Shown: positions 33,123 to 42,750 of the stretch, one piece after another
Numbering within the stretch: the first letter of the stretch is position 1
Layout: every line of letters starts with the position of its first letter
NCBI GenBank assembly: GCA_944414825.1
Contig: CALYBN010000020.1
Span: forward strand, 9,277-73,276
DNA length: 64,000 nt
DNA from: an uncultured Rikenellaceae bacterium
GTDB lineage: Bacteria; Bacteroidota; Bacteroidia; Bacteroidales; Rikenellaceae
Reading direction: 5' to 3'
Program-made: the position numbers and the translations under genes
Notes under the pieces: generated by a model
Told to the model about the DNA's origin: nothing
Databases searched by the model: none
What the model saw: the letters and a program-made list of their open reading frames with translations, nothing else

Positions 33123-33832
33123 TCGTATCGGCTGTTTTTGACCGGCGGGACGGGGTCGTCGAAATCCACCGGCGGCAGTTTGTTCATCAGTCCCCGGACC
33201 GTAGCGGCCCGACGGGTCAGGTAGGAGGAGGGGGCGGCCAGGTTCAGTCGCTGCGGGCTGGGCAGCACCGAGGCGATCATGGCCGCTTCGTAGGTGTTAA
33301 GTTCTTCGGCCGTGGTGTCGTAGTAGCGTCGTGCCGTGGCCTCCACACCATAGACATTGGGCCGGGTCTCGATCACATTGAGATAAACCTCCATGATGCG
33401 CCGTTTGCTCCACAGCAGTTCGATCAGGATGGTGTAGTAGCTCTCGATCCCTTTGCGGAGCCAGGTGCGGGCCGTGGTGCAGAAGACGTTTTTGGCGGTT
33501 TGCTGGCTGATCGTGCTGGCTCCGCGCACGGTTTTGCCCTGTCGGTTGTGTTGGATCGCCTGTTTGATGGCGTCGATGTCAAAGCCATGGTGAAAAAGGA
33601 AAAAGTTGTCCTCCGTGGCGATCACGGCTCGTATCATCGTGGGGTTGATCTTGTGTAGCGGAACCCAGTTCGAACGGATGGCAAACCCCTCTTCGCCGAG
33701 ATTCTCGATGAATTTGGTGATCTTGACCGGCGTCATCGTGACGGGAATGAAGCGCAGGACGATGACGCAACTGACCGAGAAGGTGAATCCGAAAATGATA
33801 AGGTATAGCAGTAATCGTTTGACGTATTTCAT
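33119..33832 (-). CDS. mtgA: Monofunctional biosynthetic peptidoglycan transglycosylase
   Basis: GT51 motifs ATEDNFFLFHHGFD and GASTISQQTAKN. I moved the start to the ATG at 33830-33832 because a -7 box overlaps the upstream TTG. The stop overlaps the next gene's start by 4 nt (ATGA). Confidence 0.9.
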   Translation of the reverse strand: MKYVKRLLLYLIIFGFTFSVSCVIVLRFIPVTMTPVKITKFIENLGEEGFAIRSNWVPLHKINPTMIRAVIATEDNFFLFHHGFDIDAIKQAIQHNRQGKTVRGASTISQQTAKNVFCTTARTWLRKGIESYYTILIELLWSKRRIMEVYLNVIETRPNVYGVEATARRYYDTTAEELNTYEAAMIASVLPSPQRLNLAAPSSYLTRRAATVRGLMNKLPPVDFDDPVPPVKNSRYE

Positions 33833-33853
33833 TCCACTTGCAATCTTCTGCTG

Positions 33854-33861
33854 CAAAAATA
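33854..33861 (-). promoter_or_regulatory. Candidate -7 promoter box (TATTTTTG on the minus strand) for the mtgA-M16 operon
   Basis: Plus strand reads CAAAAATA, 22 nt upstream of the mtgA ATG. Confidence 0.45.
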
Positions 33862-34013
33862 CGGAGAAAAACCGGAATAACGGAATCTCGGACCTAGATT
33901 TGTTGTCCGGGATCTGGTGCTGCGGTCATGGAAGTGTGCCGGGGGAAAGGACTCTCGGGTTTTGTGTGAAAAAACTAACATCCGAACCGTGGGAGAGTTT
34001 CAATATTTTGGTG

Positions 34014-34021
34014 TATCTTTG
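34014..34021 (+). promoter_or_regulatory. Candidate -7 promoter box (TATCTTTG) for nifJ
   Basis: TAnnTTTG match 91 nt upstream of the ATG at 34112. Confidence 0.45.
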
Positions 34022-34111
34022 CGATGCTCGTTTCCGTGTCGGAGTCGAGATAGTGTGGAACCGAAAAAACTGAAACATCAATAAATATCAATAAAAGCAA
34101 ATCTTTGAAAG

Positions 34112-37100
34112 ATGGGACAAAAGAAATTTATCACCTGTGACGGGAACTATGCGGCTGCGCATATCGCTTACATGTTCAGCGAAGTGGCTGCCATCTACCC
34201 GATCACTCCTTCGTCCACCATGGCCGAATTGGTCGACGAGTGGGCTGCCGCCGGTCGTAAAAACGTCTTCGGCGAAACCGTGAAGGTTGTTGAAATGCAA
34301 TCCGAGGCCGGTGCCGCTGGTGCTCTCCACGGATCGTTGCAGTCGGGTGCGCTCAGCACGACGTTCACCGCATCACAGGGCCTCCTGTTGATGATCCCCA
34401 ATATGTATAAGATTGCCGGTGAGTTGCTGCCGGGCGTGTTCCACGTATCGGCCCGGGCTCTGGCTGCTCAGTCGCTTTCGATCTTCGGAGACCATCAGGA
34501 CGTGATGGCTACCCGTCAGACGGGATTCGCCATGCTGGCCACCAGCTCCGTACAGGAGGTAATGGACCTGGCCGGTGTCGCACACCTGGTTGCCATCAAG
34601 TCGCGCGTGCCGTTCCTGCACTTCTTCGACGGCTTCCGAACCTCGCACGAGATCCAGAAGATCGAACTGATGGACGAGGAGGCACTCACCGCACTGCTCG
34701 ACCGCAAGGCTCTCGACGAATTCCGTGCCCGCGCACTGAATCCGGAGAATCCTGTAACACGTGGTACGGCTCAGAATCCGGATATCTATTTCCAGACGCG
34801 TGAGGCTGCTAACCGCTTCTACGATGCTGTGCCCGACATGGTGGCCGACACCATGAAAGAGATCAGTCGCATCACCGGACGTGAGTACAAGCCGTTTGTA
34901 TATTACGGAGCGCCGGATGCCGAGCGGATCATCGTAGCGATGGGTTCGGTGACGGAGACGATCAAGGAGACGATCGACTACCTGCGCGCCAAGGGCGAAA
35001 AGGTGGGTCTGGTGACCGTACACCTCTACCGTCCTTTCTCGGTGAAGTACCTGAACGAGGTGATTCCGGCCTGCGTGAAGCGTATCTGCGTGCTCGACCG
35101 CACGAAAGAGCCCGGCGCCAACGGCGATCCGCTCTACCTGGACGTAGTGGAGGCTTTCGCCAACAATAAGGAGATTCCGGCCGACCGCAAACCGCTCATC
35201 ATCGGCGGACGTTACGGTCTGTCGTCGAAAGATACCACGCCGGCCCAGATGCTGGCCGTGTTCGAGAATCTGGCAGCCAACGAGCCGAAGAACCAGTTTA
35301 CGGTGGGTATTGTCGACGACGTGACCTTCAAGTCGCTGCCCGTGGGTGCCGAGATCTCGATGGCAAAACCCGGCACGTTCGAGGCCCTCTTCTTCGGGCT
35401 TGGCTCGGACGGTACGGTGGGAGCCAACAAGAACTCGATCAAGATCATCGGCGGTTCGACCGACAAGTACTGCCAGGCTTACTTCTCGTATGACTCGAAG
35501 AAGTCGGGCGGTTACACCTCTTCGCACCTCCGTTTCGGCGACCAGCCCATCACGTCGCCTTACCTGGTGACCACGCCCGACTTCGTGGCATGCCATGTGC
35601 CTTCGTATGTGGATAAGTACGATGTGTTGAAGGGGCTGAAAGAGGGCGGGTCGTTCCTGCTCAACAGCGTGCACGATGCCGAGACGACCAAGGCGTCGCT
35701 GCCCGATCACATGAAGAAGTATCTGGCCGAGAAGAAGATCAACTTCTATATCATCAATGCAACGAAGATCGCAGCCGAACTGGGTCTGGGAAGCCGGACG
35801 AATACCATCATGCAGTCGGCCTTCTTCAAGATTGCACAGGTGATTCCGTTCGACAAGGCCGTGGAGGAGATGAAGAAAGCCATCTACAAATCCTACGGCA
35901 AGAAGGGCGAGGATATCGTCAATATGAACTACGCAGCCGTTGACCGTGGCGGTCAGGAGGTGGAGAAAGTAGAGGTCCCCGCCGAATGGGCAAACATTGT
36001 TGAGAAACCGGTTCAGCATCACGACGAAGGGAAACCGGCCTTTGTGCGCAATATCGTGGAGCCGATCAACAACCTGAAGGGCGACATGCTGCCCGTAAGC
36101 GCCTTCACCGGCCGTGAGGACGGTACGTGGGATAACGGTACGGCAGCCTATGAGAAACGCGGTATTGCCGTTAACGTGCCGGAGTGGAACGTGGACAACT
36201 GTATTCAGTGTAACCAGTGTGCCTATGTCTGCCCGCACGCCGTGATCCGTCCGTTCCTGCTGACCGAAGCCGAGGCTGAGGCTGCCGGTGTTCCGACCAA
36301 GCAGGGTATCGGTGCTACGAAAGAATATAAGTTCCGGATTCAGATCAGCCCGCTCGACTGTACGGGTTGCAACAACTGCGTGGATGTCTGCCCGGCTCCG
36401 ACGAAGGCTCTGGCTATGAAGCCGCTCGAGACTCAGATGGAGCAGCAGAAGAATTGGGACTACATCACCAAGAATGTCGGTTACAAGGATACCGTGATGG
36501 ATAAAACCAAAACGGTCAAGGGCCTGCAGTTTACGCAGCCGTTGTTCGAGTTCTCGGGTGCCTGCGCCGGTTGCGGTGAAACGCCTTATATCAAGACCAT
36601 TACCCAGCTCTTCGGCGACCGCATGATGGTGGCCAATGCAACGGGTTGTACGTCGATTTACAGTGGTTCGGCTCCTTCGACTCCGTACTGCACCAACAGC
36701 AAGGGACAGGGTCCGGCCTGGGCTAACTCGCTGTTCGAGGACAATGCCGAGTTCGGTCTGGGTATGCACCTGGGAGTCGAGAAGTTGCGCGATACGGTGG
36801 CCATGAAGATGCAGCAGGCTATCGATACGTGCGACTGCTGCTCGGCCGAGCTGAAAGCTACGATGAAGGAGTGGATCGACGGTCGCAAGAATGCCGAGAT
36901 CAGCAAGAGCGTGTCGGAGAAACTGATCCCGATGCTCGAGGTTTGCGGGTGCGACGCCTGCAAGGAGTTGCTGGGATTGAAACGTTACTTCGTGAAGAAG
37001 TCGCAGTGGATCATCGGTGGCGACGGCTGGGGATACGATATCGGTTACGGTGGCGTGGACCATGTCCTGGCATCGGGCGAGGATGTCAACATCCTGATCG

Positions 37101-37675
37101 TCGACACGGAGGTTTACTCCAATACCGGCGGACAGTCTTCGAAAGCTACTCCGATCGGTGCTGTGGCCAAATTCGCATCGGCCGGAAAACGCATCCGCAA
37201 GAAGGATATCGGTGCCATTGCCATGACCTACGGTTATGTCTATGTGGCACAGGTTTCGATCGGCGGCAACCAGAACCAGTTGCTCACCGCACTGAAGGAG
37301 GCTGAGGCATATCCCGGACCGTCGCTGGTGATTGCCTATGCACCGTGTATCAACCACGGTATCAAAGGCGGTATGACGCATACGCAGACGGTAGGCAAAG
37401 AGGCCGTAGCTTGCGGTTACTGGCACTTGTGGCGTTTCAACCCGCTGCTCGAGGAGCAGGGCAAGAACCCCTTCACGCTCGATTCGAAAGAGCCCGACTG
37501 GAGCAAGTTCCAGGAGTTTATTCGTCAGGAGGTGCGTTATACGTCGCTGTTGAAAGCCTTCCCGACCGAGGCAGAGGAGTTGTTCAAGGCTTCGGAGGAG
37601 AATGCTAAATGGCGTTATAACACCTACAAACGTTATGCATCGATGGATTGGTCGGATGCCAAGAAAGAGGAGTAA
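34112..37675 (+). CDS. nifJ: Pyruvate:ferredoxin (flavodoxin) oxidoreductase
   Basis: 1187 aa with two 4Fe-4S motifs (CIQCNQCAYVCP and CTGCNNCVDVCP) and the TPP-binding GGDGWGYDIG motif. Confidence 0.97.
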   Translation: MGQKKFITCDGNYAAAHIAYMFSEVAAIYPITPSSTMAELVDEWAAAGRKNVFGETVKVVEMQSEAGAAGALHGSLQSGALSTTFTASQGLLLMIPNMYKIAGELLPGVFHVSARALAAQSLSIFGDHQDVMATRQTGFAMLATSSVQEVMDLAGVAHLVAIKSRVPFLHFFDGFRTSHEIQKIELMDEEALTALLDRKALDEFRARALNPENPVTRGTAQNPDIYFQTREAANRFYDAVPDMVADTMKEISRITGREYKPFVYYGAPDAERIIVAMGSVTETIKETIDYLRAKGEKVGLVTVHLYRPFSVKYLNEVIPACVKRICVLDRTKEPGANGDPLYLDVVEAFANNKEIPADRKPLIIGGRYGLSSKDTTPAQMLAVFENLAANEPKNQFTVGIVDDVTFKSLPVGAEISMAKPGTFEALFFGLGSDGTVGANKNSIKIIGGSTDKYCQAYFSYDSKKSGGYTSSHLRFGDQPITSPYLVTTPDFVACHVPSYVDKYDVLKGLKEGGSFLLNSVHDAETTKASLPDHMKKYLAEKKINFYIINATKIAAELGLGSRTNTIMQSAFFKIAQVIPFDKAVEEMKKAIYKSYGKKGEDIVNMNYAAVDRGGQEVEKVEVPAEWANIVEKPVQHHDEGKPAFVRNIVEPINNLKGDMLPVSAFTGREDGTWDNGTAAYEKRGIAVNVPEWNVDNCIQCNQCAYVCPHAVIRPFLLTEAEAEAAGVPTKQGIGATKEYKFRIQISPLDCTGCNNCVDVCPAPTKALAMKPLETQMEQQKNWDYITKNVGYKDTVMDKTKTVKGLQFTQPLFEFSGACAGCGETPYIKTITQLFGDRMMVANATGCTSIYSGSAPSTPYCTNSKGQGPAWANSLFEDNAEFGLGMHLGVEKLRDTVAMKMQQAIDTCDCCSAELKATMKEWIDGRKNAEISKSVSEKLIPMLEVCGCDACKELLGLKRYFVKKSQWIIGGDGWGYDIGYGGVDHVLASGEDVNILIVDTEVYSNTGGQSSKATPIGAVAKFASAGKRIRKKDIGAIAMTYGYVYVAQVSIGGNQNQLLTALKEAEAYPGPSLVIAYAPCINHGIKGGMTHTQTVGKEAVACGYWHLWRFNPLLEEQGKNPFTLDSKEPDWSKFQEFIRQEVRYTSLLKAFPTEAEELFKASEENAKWRYNTYKRYASMDWSDAKKEE

Positions 37676-37700
37676 CGACTGAACATACTATAAGAGAGAG

Positions 37701-37732
37701 CGGGGCTGCACCAAGTGCGGCCCCGTTTTTTT
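37701..37732 (+). terminator. Intrinsic terminator after nifJ
   Basis: CGGGGCTGCAC, a CAA loop and GTGCGGCCCCG, followed by a T7 run. Confidence 0.75.
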
Positions 37733-37864
37733 GTAGAAGAGGAAGTTATGCCTGTGGCAGGGACTCCTCCGACGATCAGGGACTGTGCTGATTGAAAATA
37801 AAATGCTGGCCAGCGGAAATGAACCGCTACCTGCCGATATGTGGCGGAGTTGCGAGTTGTGGAC

Positions 37865-38887
37865 TTACAGGTCGTGCGAAAGGGGCGGCGGAGTCAGTGT
37901 CGTAGAGTCAAACCCGCCCCAGTTCTGGGCGACGTAGTCGAGCGTAGAGAGCAATTCGGGAATGTCGAACAGCGTGACCAATTTCAGCCGCGTGGCCTTG
38001 AAATCGGGCAGCCCCTTGAAGTAGCTGGACAAGTGGCGCCGCATCTCCAGTACCCCAACCTTTTCACCTTTGACCTCCACGGACTTGAGCAGATGGCGTT
38101 TGGCGATCTCGACCCGTTCTACGACCGAGGGCTGGGGCTGCAGTTCTCCCGTATTGAGGTAGTGTCGTATCTCGCGGAAGATCCAGGGACGTCCGTAGGT
38201 GGCCCGCCCGATCATCACGCCGTCCACCCCGTAACGGTCGAACGCCTGCCGGGCCTTCTCCGGAGAGTCGATGTCGCCGTTGCCGATGATCGGGATATGG
38301 ATCGAGGGGTTGTTCTTGACGGCTCCAATCAGCGTCCAGTCCGCCTCGCCGCGGTACATCTGGGCGCGGGTGCGACCGTGGATCGTGAGGGCTGCAATGC
38401 CGACATCCTGCAGGCGCAGGGCGATCTCCTCGATATTGCGATGGTCGTCGTCCCAGCCCAGGCGCGTTTTGACCGTGACCGGCGTGTGGACAGCCTCCAC
38501 GATGCGGCGAGTCATCTCGACCATCAGCGGGATGTCCTTCATCATGCCGCTGCCGGCTCCGCGCCCGGCGATCTTCTTGACCGGGCAGCCGAAATTGATG
38601 TCGATCACGTCCGGATGAGCCGTTTCGGCTACCCGAGCCGCCTCGACCATCGGTTCGATCAGGTGGCCGTAGATCTGGATGCCGACCGGGCGCTCCGCCT
38701 CTGAGATGTTGAGCTTGGCGCGCGACTTGGCAGCATCGCGGATCAACCCGTCCGAAGAGATGAACTCGGTGTAGACCATATCGGCCCCGAACTCCTTGCA
38801 CATGTAGCGGAACGAGGGGTCGGTGACATCCTCCATGGGAGCCAGGAAGAGGGGCTTGTCGCCCAGGTCGATATTGGCGATTTTCAT
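37865..38887 (-). CDS. dusB: tRNA-dihydrouridine synthase
   Basis: LAPMEDVTDPSFRYMCKEFGADMVYTEFISS and TIHGRT match the Dus family. I moved the start to the ATG at 38885-38887 (MKIANIDLG). Confidence 0.9.
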   Translation of the reverse strand: MKIANIDLGDKPLFLAPMEDVTDPSFRYMCKEFGADMVYTEFISSDGLIRDAAKSRAKLNISEAERPVGIQIYGHLIEPMVEAARVAETAHPDVIDINFGCPVKKIAGRGAGSGMMKDIPLMVEMTRRIVEAVHTPVTVKTRLGWDDDHRNIEEIALRLQDVGIAALTIHGRTRAQMYRGEADWTLIGAVKNNPSIHIPIIGNGDIDSPEKARQAFDRYGVDGVMIGRATYGRPWIFREIRHYLNTGELQPQPSVVERVEIAKRHLLKSVEVKGEKVGVLEMRRHLSSYFKGLPDFKATRLKLVTLFDIPELLSTLDYVAQNWGGFDSTTLTPPPLSHDL

Positions 38888-38910
38888 ACGGCGCAGGTTG
38901 ATTTCCGAGG

Positions 38911-38918
38911 CAAAGATA
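38911..38918 (-). promoter_or_regulatory. Candidate -7 promoter box (TATCTTTG on the minus strand) for dusB
   Basis: Plus strand reads CAAAGATA, 24 nt upstream of the dusB ATG. Confidence 0.5.
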
Positions 38919-39049
38919 ACGATTTTCCTGGAGTGTGCCACACTTGGCGGATTCCTCGACCCGGAGCGTGAGGCGTAAGTGACGGAACTGCACGATGCTC
39001 GGCGGCAGAAAAGCTGGCGGCGGTGCTGGAAAATACGAAAAGAAATCCG

Positions 39050-39057
39050 TATCTTTG
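39050..39057 (+). promoter_or_regulatory. Candidate -7 promoter box (TATCTTTG) for argS
   Basis: TAnnTTTG match 24 nt upstream of the ATG at 39081. Confidence 0.5.
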
Positions 39058-39080
39058 GGCCTGAAAGAAATCTGAATAGA

Positions 39081-40862
39081 ATGAATATCGAGAAATTCCT
39101 CCAGCAGAAAGCCTCCGAGTGTGTCGAGGCATTGTATGGGCCCGTCGCAGAGGGTCAGTTGCAGATACAGAAAACCCGTAAGGAGTTCGAAGGCGACTAT
39201 ACGTTGGTCGTTTTCCCGTTGTTGAAACTCAGCCGCAAGTCTCCCGAGCAGACCGCTACTGAGATCGGAGCCTATCTGGTGGAACATTGTCCGGAACTGC
39301 GCGGATACAATGTCATCAAGGGCTTTCTGAACCTGGTGCTCGACGGCAGTTTCTGGGCTGCTCGTTTCGCGGAGATCGTGGCCGATCCGAAGTACGGTTT
39401 CGCCCCCTCTACCGGCCGTACGATCATGGTCGAATACTCCTCGCCCAATACTAACAAACCGCTCCACTTGGGGCATATCCGCAACAACCTGCTGGGGTAT
39501 TCCGTGTCGCAGATCCTGGCTGCCAACGGTCACCGGGTGATCAAGGTGAACCTGGTGAACGACCGCGGAATCCACATCTGCAAGAGCATGCTGGCCTGGC
39601 AGAAGTATGGTAATGGCGAGACGCCCGAAAGCAGCGGCATGAAGGGCGACCATCTGGTGGGAAAATACTATGTTGAGTTCGATAAACACTACAAGGCCGA
39701 GATTAAGGCGCTGATGGCGCAGGGTATGAGCGAGGAGGAGGCCAAGCATCAGGCTCCGATTATTCGCGAGGCACAGGAGATGCTGCGCCGGTGGGAGGCG
39801 AAGGATTCCGAAGTGCGCGCCCTGTGGGAGAAGATGAACGGCTGGGTCTACGAAGGGTTCGATAAGACCTATAAGGCGATGGGTGTCGACTTTGATAAAG
39901 TGTACTACGAGTCGCAGACTTATCTGCTCGGCAAGAATATCGTGGAGGAGGGGCTGGAGAAAGGTGTTTTCTTCCGCAAGGAGGACGGTTCGGTGTGGAT
40001 CGACCTGACGGCCGACGGCCTCGACCAGAAACTGCTGCTGCGCGGCGACGGCACGTCGGTCTATATGACACAGGACCTGGGAACGGCATTCCGCCGTTTC
40101 GCAGACAATAACCTCGATGAGATGATCTACGTGGTGGGCAACGAGCAAAATTACCATTTCCAGGTGTTGAAACTGGTGCTCAAGAAACTTGGCTACGACT
40201 GGAGCGACCATATCTACCACCTTTCCTACGGCATGGTGGAACTGCCTGAGGGGAAGATGAAGTCGCGCGAAGGCACGGTGGTCGATGCCGACGACCTAAT
40301 CGACGATATGGTGGCTACGGCCCGCGAGATGTCGCAGGAGTTGGGGAAACTTGACGGCTGTACGCCGCAGGAAGCCGATGCCGTGTGCCACATGGTGGGC
40401 CTGGGGGCGTTGAAGTACTTTATTCTTAAGGTCGATCCCAAGAAAACCATGTTGTTCGACCCGCGTGAGTCGATCGACTTCAACGGCAACACGGGGCCTT
40501 TCATCCAGTATACCCACGCCCGGATCTGCTCGATCCTGCGCAAGGCCGCTGAAGCAGGTATCGACTGTGGTGGTGAGGTAGCGGTGGTGGAGTACGTGCC
40601 GGAGGAGATCGAACTGATCAAGCAACTGGTGGATTTCCCGGCTGTCGTGCGGGCGGCGGGCGAAAACTTCTCGCCGGCGATGATCGGGGCCTATGTCTAT
40701 GAACTGGCCAAACTGTTCAATGGCTATTACCACGACCATTCGATTCTCCGCGAGGAGAACGAAGCGGTGCGCCGCATGCGGTTGCAGTTGTGCCGGGAGG
40801 TGGCGCGCATCATTGCTACGGGCATGAAGCTGCTGGGCATCGATGTGCCCGAACGGATGTAG
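39081..40862 (+). CDS. argS: Arginine--tRNA ligase
   Basis: HIGH-type motif SSPNTNKPLHLGHIRNN and a C-terminal DALR anticodon-binding-like region. I moved the start to the ATG at 39081 (MNIEKFLQQ). Confidence 0.95.
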   Translation: MNIEKFLQQKASECVEALYGPVAEGQLQIQKTRKEFEGDYTLVVFPLLKLSRKSPEQTATEIGAYLVEHCPELRGYNVIKGFLNLVLDGSFWAARFAEIVADPKYGFAPSTGRTIMVEYSSPNTNKPLHLGHIRNNLLGYSVSQILAANGHRVIKVNLVNDRGIHICKSMLAWQKYGNGETPESSGMKGDHLVGKYYVEFDKHYKAEIKALMAQGMSEEEAKHQAPIIREAQEMLRRWEAKDSEVRALWEKMNGWVYEGFDKTYKAMGVDFDKVYYESQTYLLGKNIVEEGLEKGVFFRKEDGSVWIDLTADGLDQKLLLRGDGTSVYMTQDLGTAFRRFADNNLDEMIYVVGNEQNYHFQVLKLVLKKLGYDWSDHIYHLSYGMVELPEGKMKSREGTVVDADDLIDDMVATAREMSQELGKLDGCTPQEADAVCHMVGLGALKYFILKVDPKKTMLFDPRESIDFNGNTGPFIQYTHARICSILRKAAEAGIDCGGEVAVVEYVPEEIELIKQLVDFPAVVRAAGENFSPAMIGAYVYELAKLFNGYYHDHSILREENEAVRRMRLQLCREVARIIATGMKLLGIDVPERM

Positions 40863-40929
40863 ACAGGTAGGGTCGGGGCTGGATCGAAAGAGATCCGGAA
40901 CATTCTAGACCTTTGGTTTGAAATGAAAT

Positions 40930-40980
40930 AAAACGGGACGGAGTCAGTGATTAATTTTCTGCTCCGTCCCGTTTTATTTT
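40930..40980. terminator. Bidirectional terminator between argS and the convergent SRPBCC gene
   Basis: ACGGGACGGAG (40933-40943) pairs with CTCCGTCCCGT (40962-40972). It is flanked by an A-run and a T-run. Confidence 0.75.
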
Positions 40981-41049
40981 TGTTCTGGTTTGTATTATCT
41001 CTGCCTGCCACACTGGGTAAACCACAGCGCTGGAGAGAGATTCGACCCG

Positions 41050-41460
41050 CTAATAGGGTGCGTTGTTGAAACTGGTGGCGATCTGATCGGCGATTTGGTC
41101 AAGCGCCTCGCGGATCTTGCCGCCGAGCATCATCTTCATCATCATGTTCAGGTCGATGTGCAGCACCAGCCGCATGCGGGTGTCACACTCGGCGACCTCT
41201 TTCAGTTGAAGCCAGAAAGTGAACTGAAAAGGCGACTCTCCGTCGGGGATGATCTTCACCAGACTGTTCTCCTCGCGCTCCAGTATGCGGAGCTTCACGG
41301 GGAAGCCCTTGGCGCGGAACGAACAAGTGTCGGCCGTTGCCTCCCACGCCTCCACCTTGTCTTGAAGAATGGGGGTGAAGTTCGAGAAATCGGACAGCGT
41401 CCGATAGATCAAGGCTGCCGGACGTCGGATCTGCACCTGTTTGCTTTCGTATTTCTCCAT
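41050..41460 (-). CDS. Small SRPBCC/START-like protein of unknown function
   Basis: 136-aa ORF, 7 nt downstream of pyrE on the same strand. The fold assignment is only a judgement from the sequence's overall appearance. Confidence 0.5.
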   Translation of the reverse strand: MEKYESKQVQIRRPAALIYRTLSDFSNFTPILQDKVEAWEATADTCSFRAKGFPVKLRILEREENSLVKIIPDGESPFQFTFWLQLKEVAECDTRMRLVLHIDLNMMMKMMLGGKIREALDQIADQIATSFNNAPY

Positions 41461-41467
41461 CTTTGTG

Positions 41468-42100
41468 CTATTTTTTCCAGTTGGCGGGATCCTTACGCCA
41501 CTCTTTCAGGGTCTCCAGTTCATCGGCGTGGACGTATCCCTCCTCCACCGCCAGTTCGATCATCGTGTTGTAGTTGCTCAGCGTGTCGAGCGTGACACCG
41601 GCCTTGGCGAAGTTTTCTTCGGCCGTCGGGAAACCGTAGGTGAAGATGGCCACCATTCCCAGTACCTCACAACCTGCCCCGCGCAGTGCCTCTACGGCGT
41701 TGAGCGAACTGCCGCCTGTCGATACCAGGTCCTCGATCACCACGACTTTCGCTCCCAGGTGGTAGACCCCTTCGACCTGGTTGGTCATCCCATGGGTCTT
41801 GGGTGCCGAACGGACATAGATGAAAGGCTTGCCCATCTTCTCGGCCACGAGAGCGCCGTGGGCGATGGCCCCGGTGGCAACCCCGGCGATGATCTCCGCT
41901 TCGGGGTATTTCGCCGTGATGATCTCGGCAAAACTTTCGTAAATTTGTTTTCGTACCTCCGGATAGGAGAGCGTGGTGCGGTTATCGCAGTAGATGGGCG
42001 AGTGCCAGCCCGAAGCCCATGTAAAAAAATTTGCAGGGCTGAGTTTAATTGCCTTAATTTGTAGGAGGGATTGGGCAATGTCCCGACTGATGTTTTTCAT
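41468..42100 (-). CDS. pyrE: Orotate phosphoribosyltransferase
   Basis: Begins MKNISRDIAQSLLQIKAIKLSPANFFTWASGWHSPIYCDNR and carries the PRPP loop VVVIEDLVSTGGS. The start is the ATG at 42098-42100; the upstream ORF extension is ignored. Confidence 0.93.
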   Translation of the reverse strand: MKNISRDIAQSLLQIKAIKLSPANFFTWASGWHSPIYCDNRTTLSYPEVRKQIYESFAEIITAKYPEAEIIAGVATGAIAHGALVAEKMGKPFIYVRSAPKTHGMTNQVEGVYHLGAKVVVIEDLVSTGGSSLNAVEALRGAGCEVLGMVAIFTYGFPTAEENFAKAGVTLDTLSNYNTMIELAVEEGYVHADELETLKEWRKDPANWKK

Positions 42101-42712
42101 ATGAATGCGATGTATAGTGTCTGTTTTGAGAATAAAGTGATTACCTTTACGGACGAAGTCCCGGCCGGGTGCGATACCGTGTGGCTTGCGGACGACGAAC
42201 CGTTCGAGATTGCAAAGGTGTTGCAAAAACTCGAAAATAGCAAGTATCTTTGCATAAAAGGCGCTGATCCGGAGGCGCTTTTCCGGCGTTTTGCGGCTCT
42301 TTTTACGGCTGTTGAGGCGGCTGGAGGCGTAGTGGAAGACGAGTCCGGGCGTTACCTGATGATCTTTCGCAACGGGCGATGGGATCTGCCGAAGGGACAT
42401 TTGGAGGCCGGCGAGGCGATTGAACAGTGTGCCGTGCGCGAGGTTGAGGAGGAGTGCGGCATTCAGGGGGTGCGATGCGGACGTTTGCTGGCGCGGACGT
42501 TCCATTTCTATCGCATGTACGGCCGTTGGGAGTTGAAACGTACGCATTGGTATGCCATGCAGGGCGGCGGGGAGCAGCCGCTTACGCCGCAGCGTGAGGA
42601 GGGTATCACCCGGGTGGAGTGGATACCGCGTGCGGAGATAGCGGTGCGGCTGGAGACGAGTTTTGAGACCATCCGCGAGGTGTTCCGGCAGGCCGGAGTG
42701 CTCCCAAGATAG
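42101..42712 (+). CDS. NUDIX hydrolase with an N-terminal domain of about 70 aa
   Basis: Nudix box GRWDLPKGHLEAGEAIEQCAVREVEEECG. The start could be the ATG at 42101 or at 42110. Confidence 0.8.
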   Translation: MNAMYSVCFENKVITFTDEVPAGCDTVWLADDEPFEIAKVLQKLENSKYLCIKGADPEALFRRFAALFTAVEAAGGVVEDESGRYLMIFRNGRWDLPKGHLEAGEAIEQCAVREVEEECGIQGVRCGRLLARTFHFYRMYGRWELKRTHWYAMQGGGEQPLTPQREEGITRVEWIPRAEIAVRLETSFETIREVFRQAGVLPR

Positions 42713-42750
42713 CAAAGAAACGAACAAAAAAGATAAGAAACCTGAATTAT

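Noticed and set aside
34373-37426. 1017-aa ORF antisense to nifJ. Comparable antisense ORFs are 1088-3250, 38064-40220, 42508-45336, 58022-59545, 60448-61674 and 62640-63848.
   Set aside because: These have the same compositional cause. Each is fully nested opposite a confidently identified gene and lacks signal peptides, domains or sensible starts.
40990-41595. 201-aa plus-strand ORF spanning the SRPBCC gene and the pyrE 3' end.
   Set aside because: It is antisense to two better-supported genes and starts within the bidirectional-terminator region. Its composition is low-complexity.
42244-42251. A perfect TATCTTTG box inside the NUDIX coding sequence, as a possible internal promoter.
   Set aside because: The degenerate 6-of-8-position motif is expected about once per 4 kb per strand by chance. 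Without a downstream start codon or other positional context, it is not evidence of a promoter.
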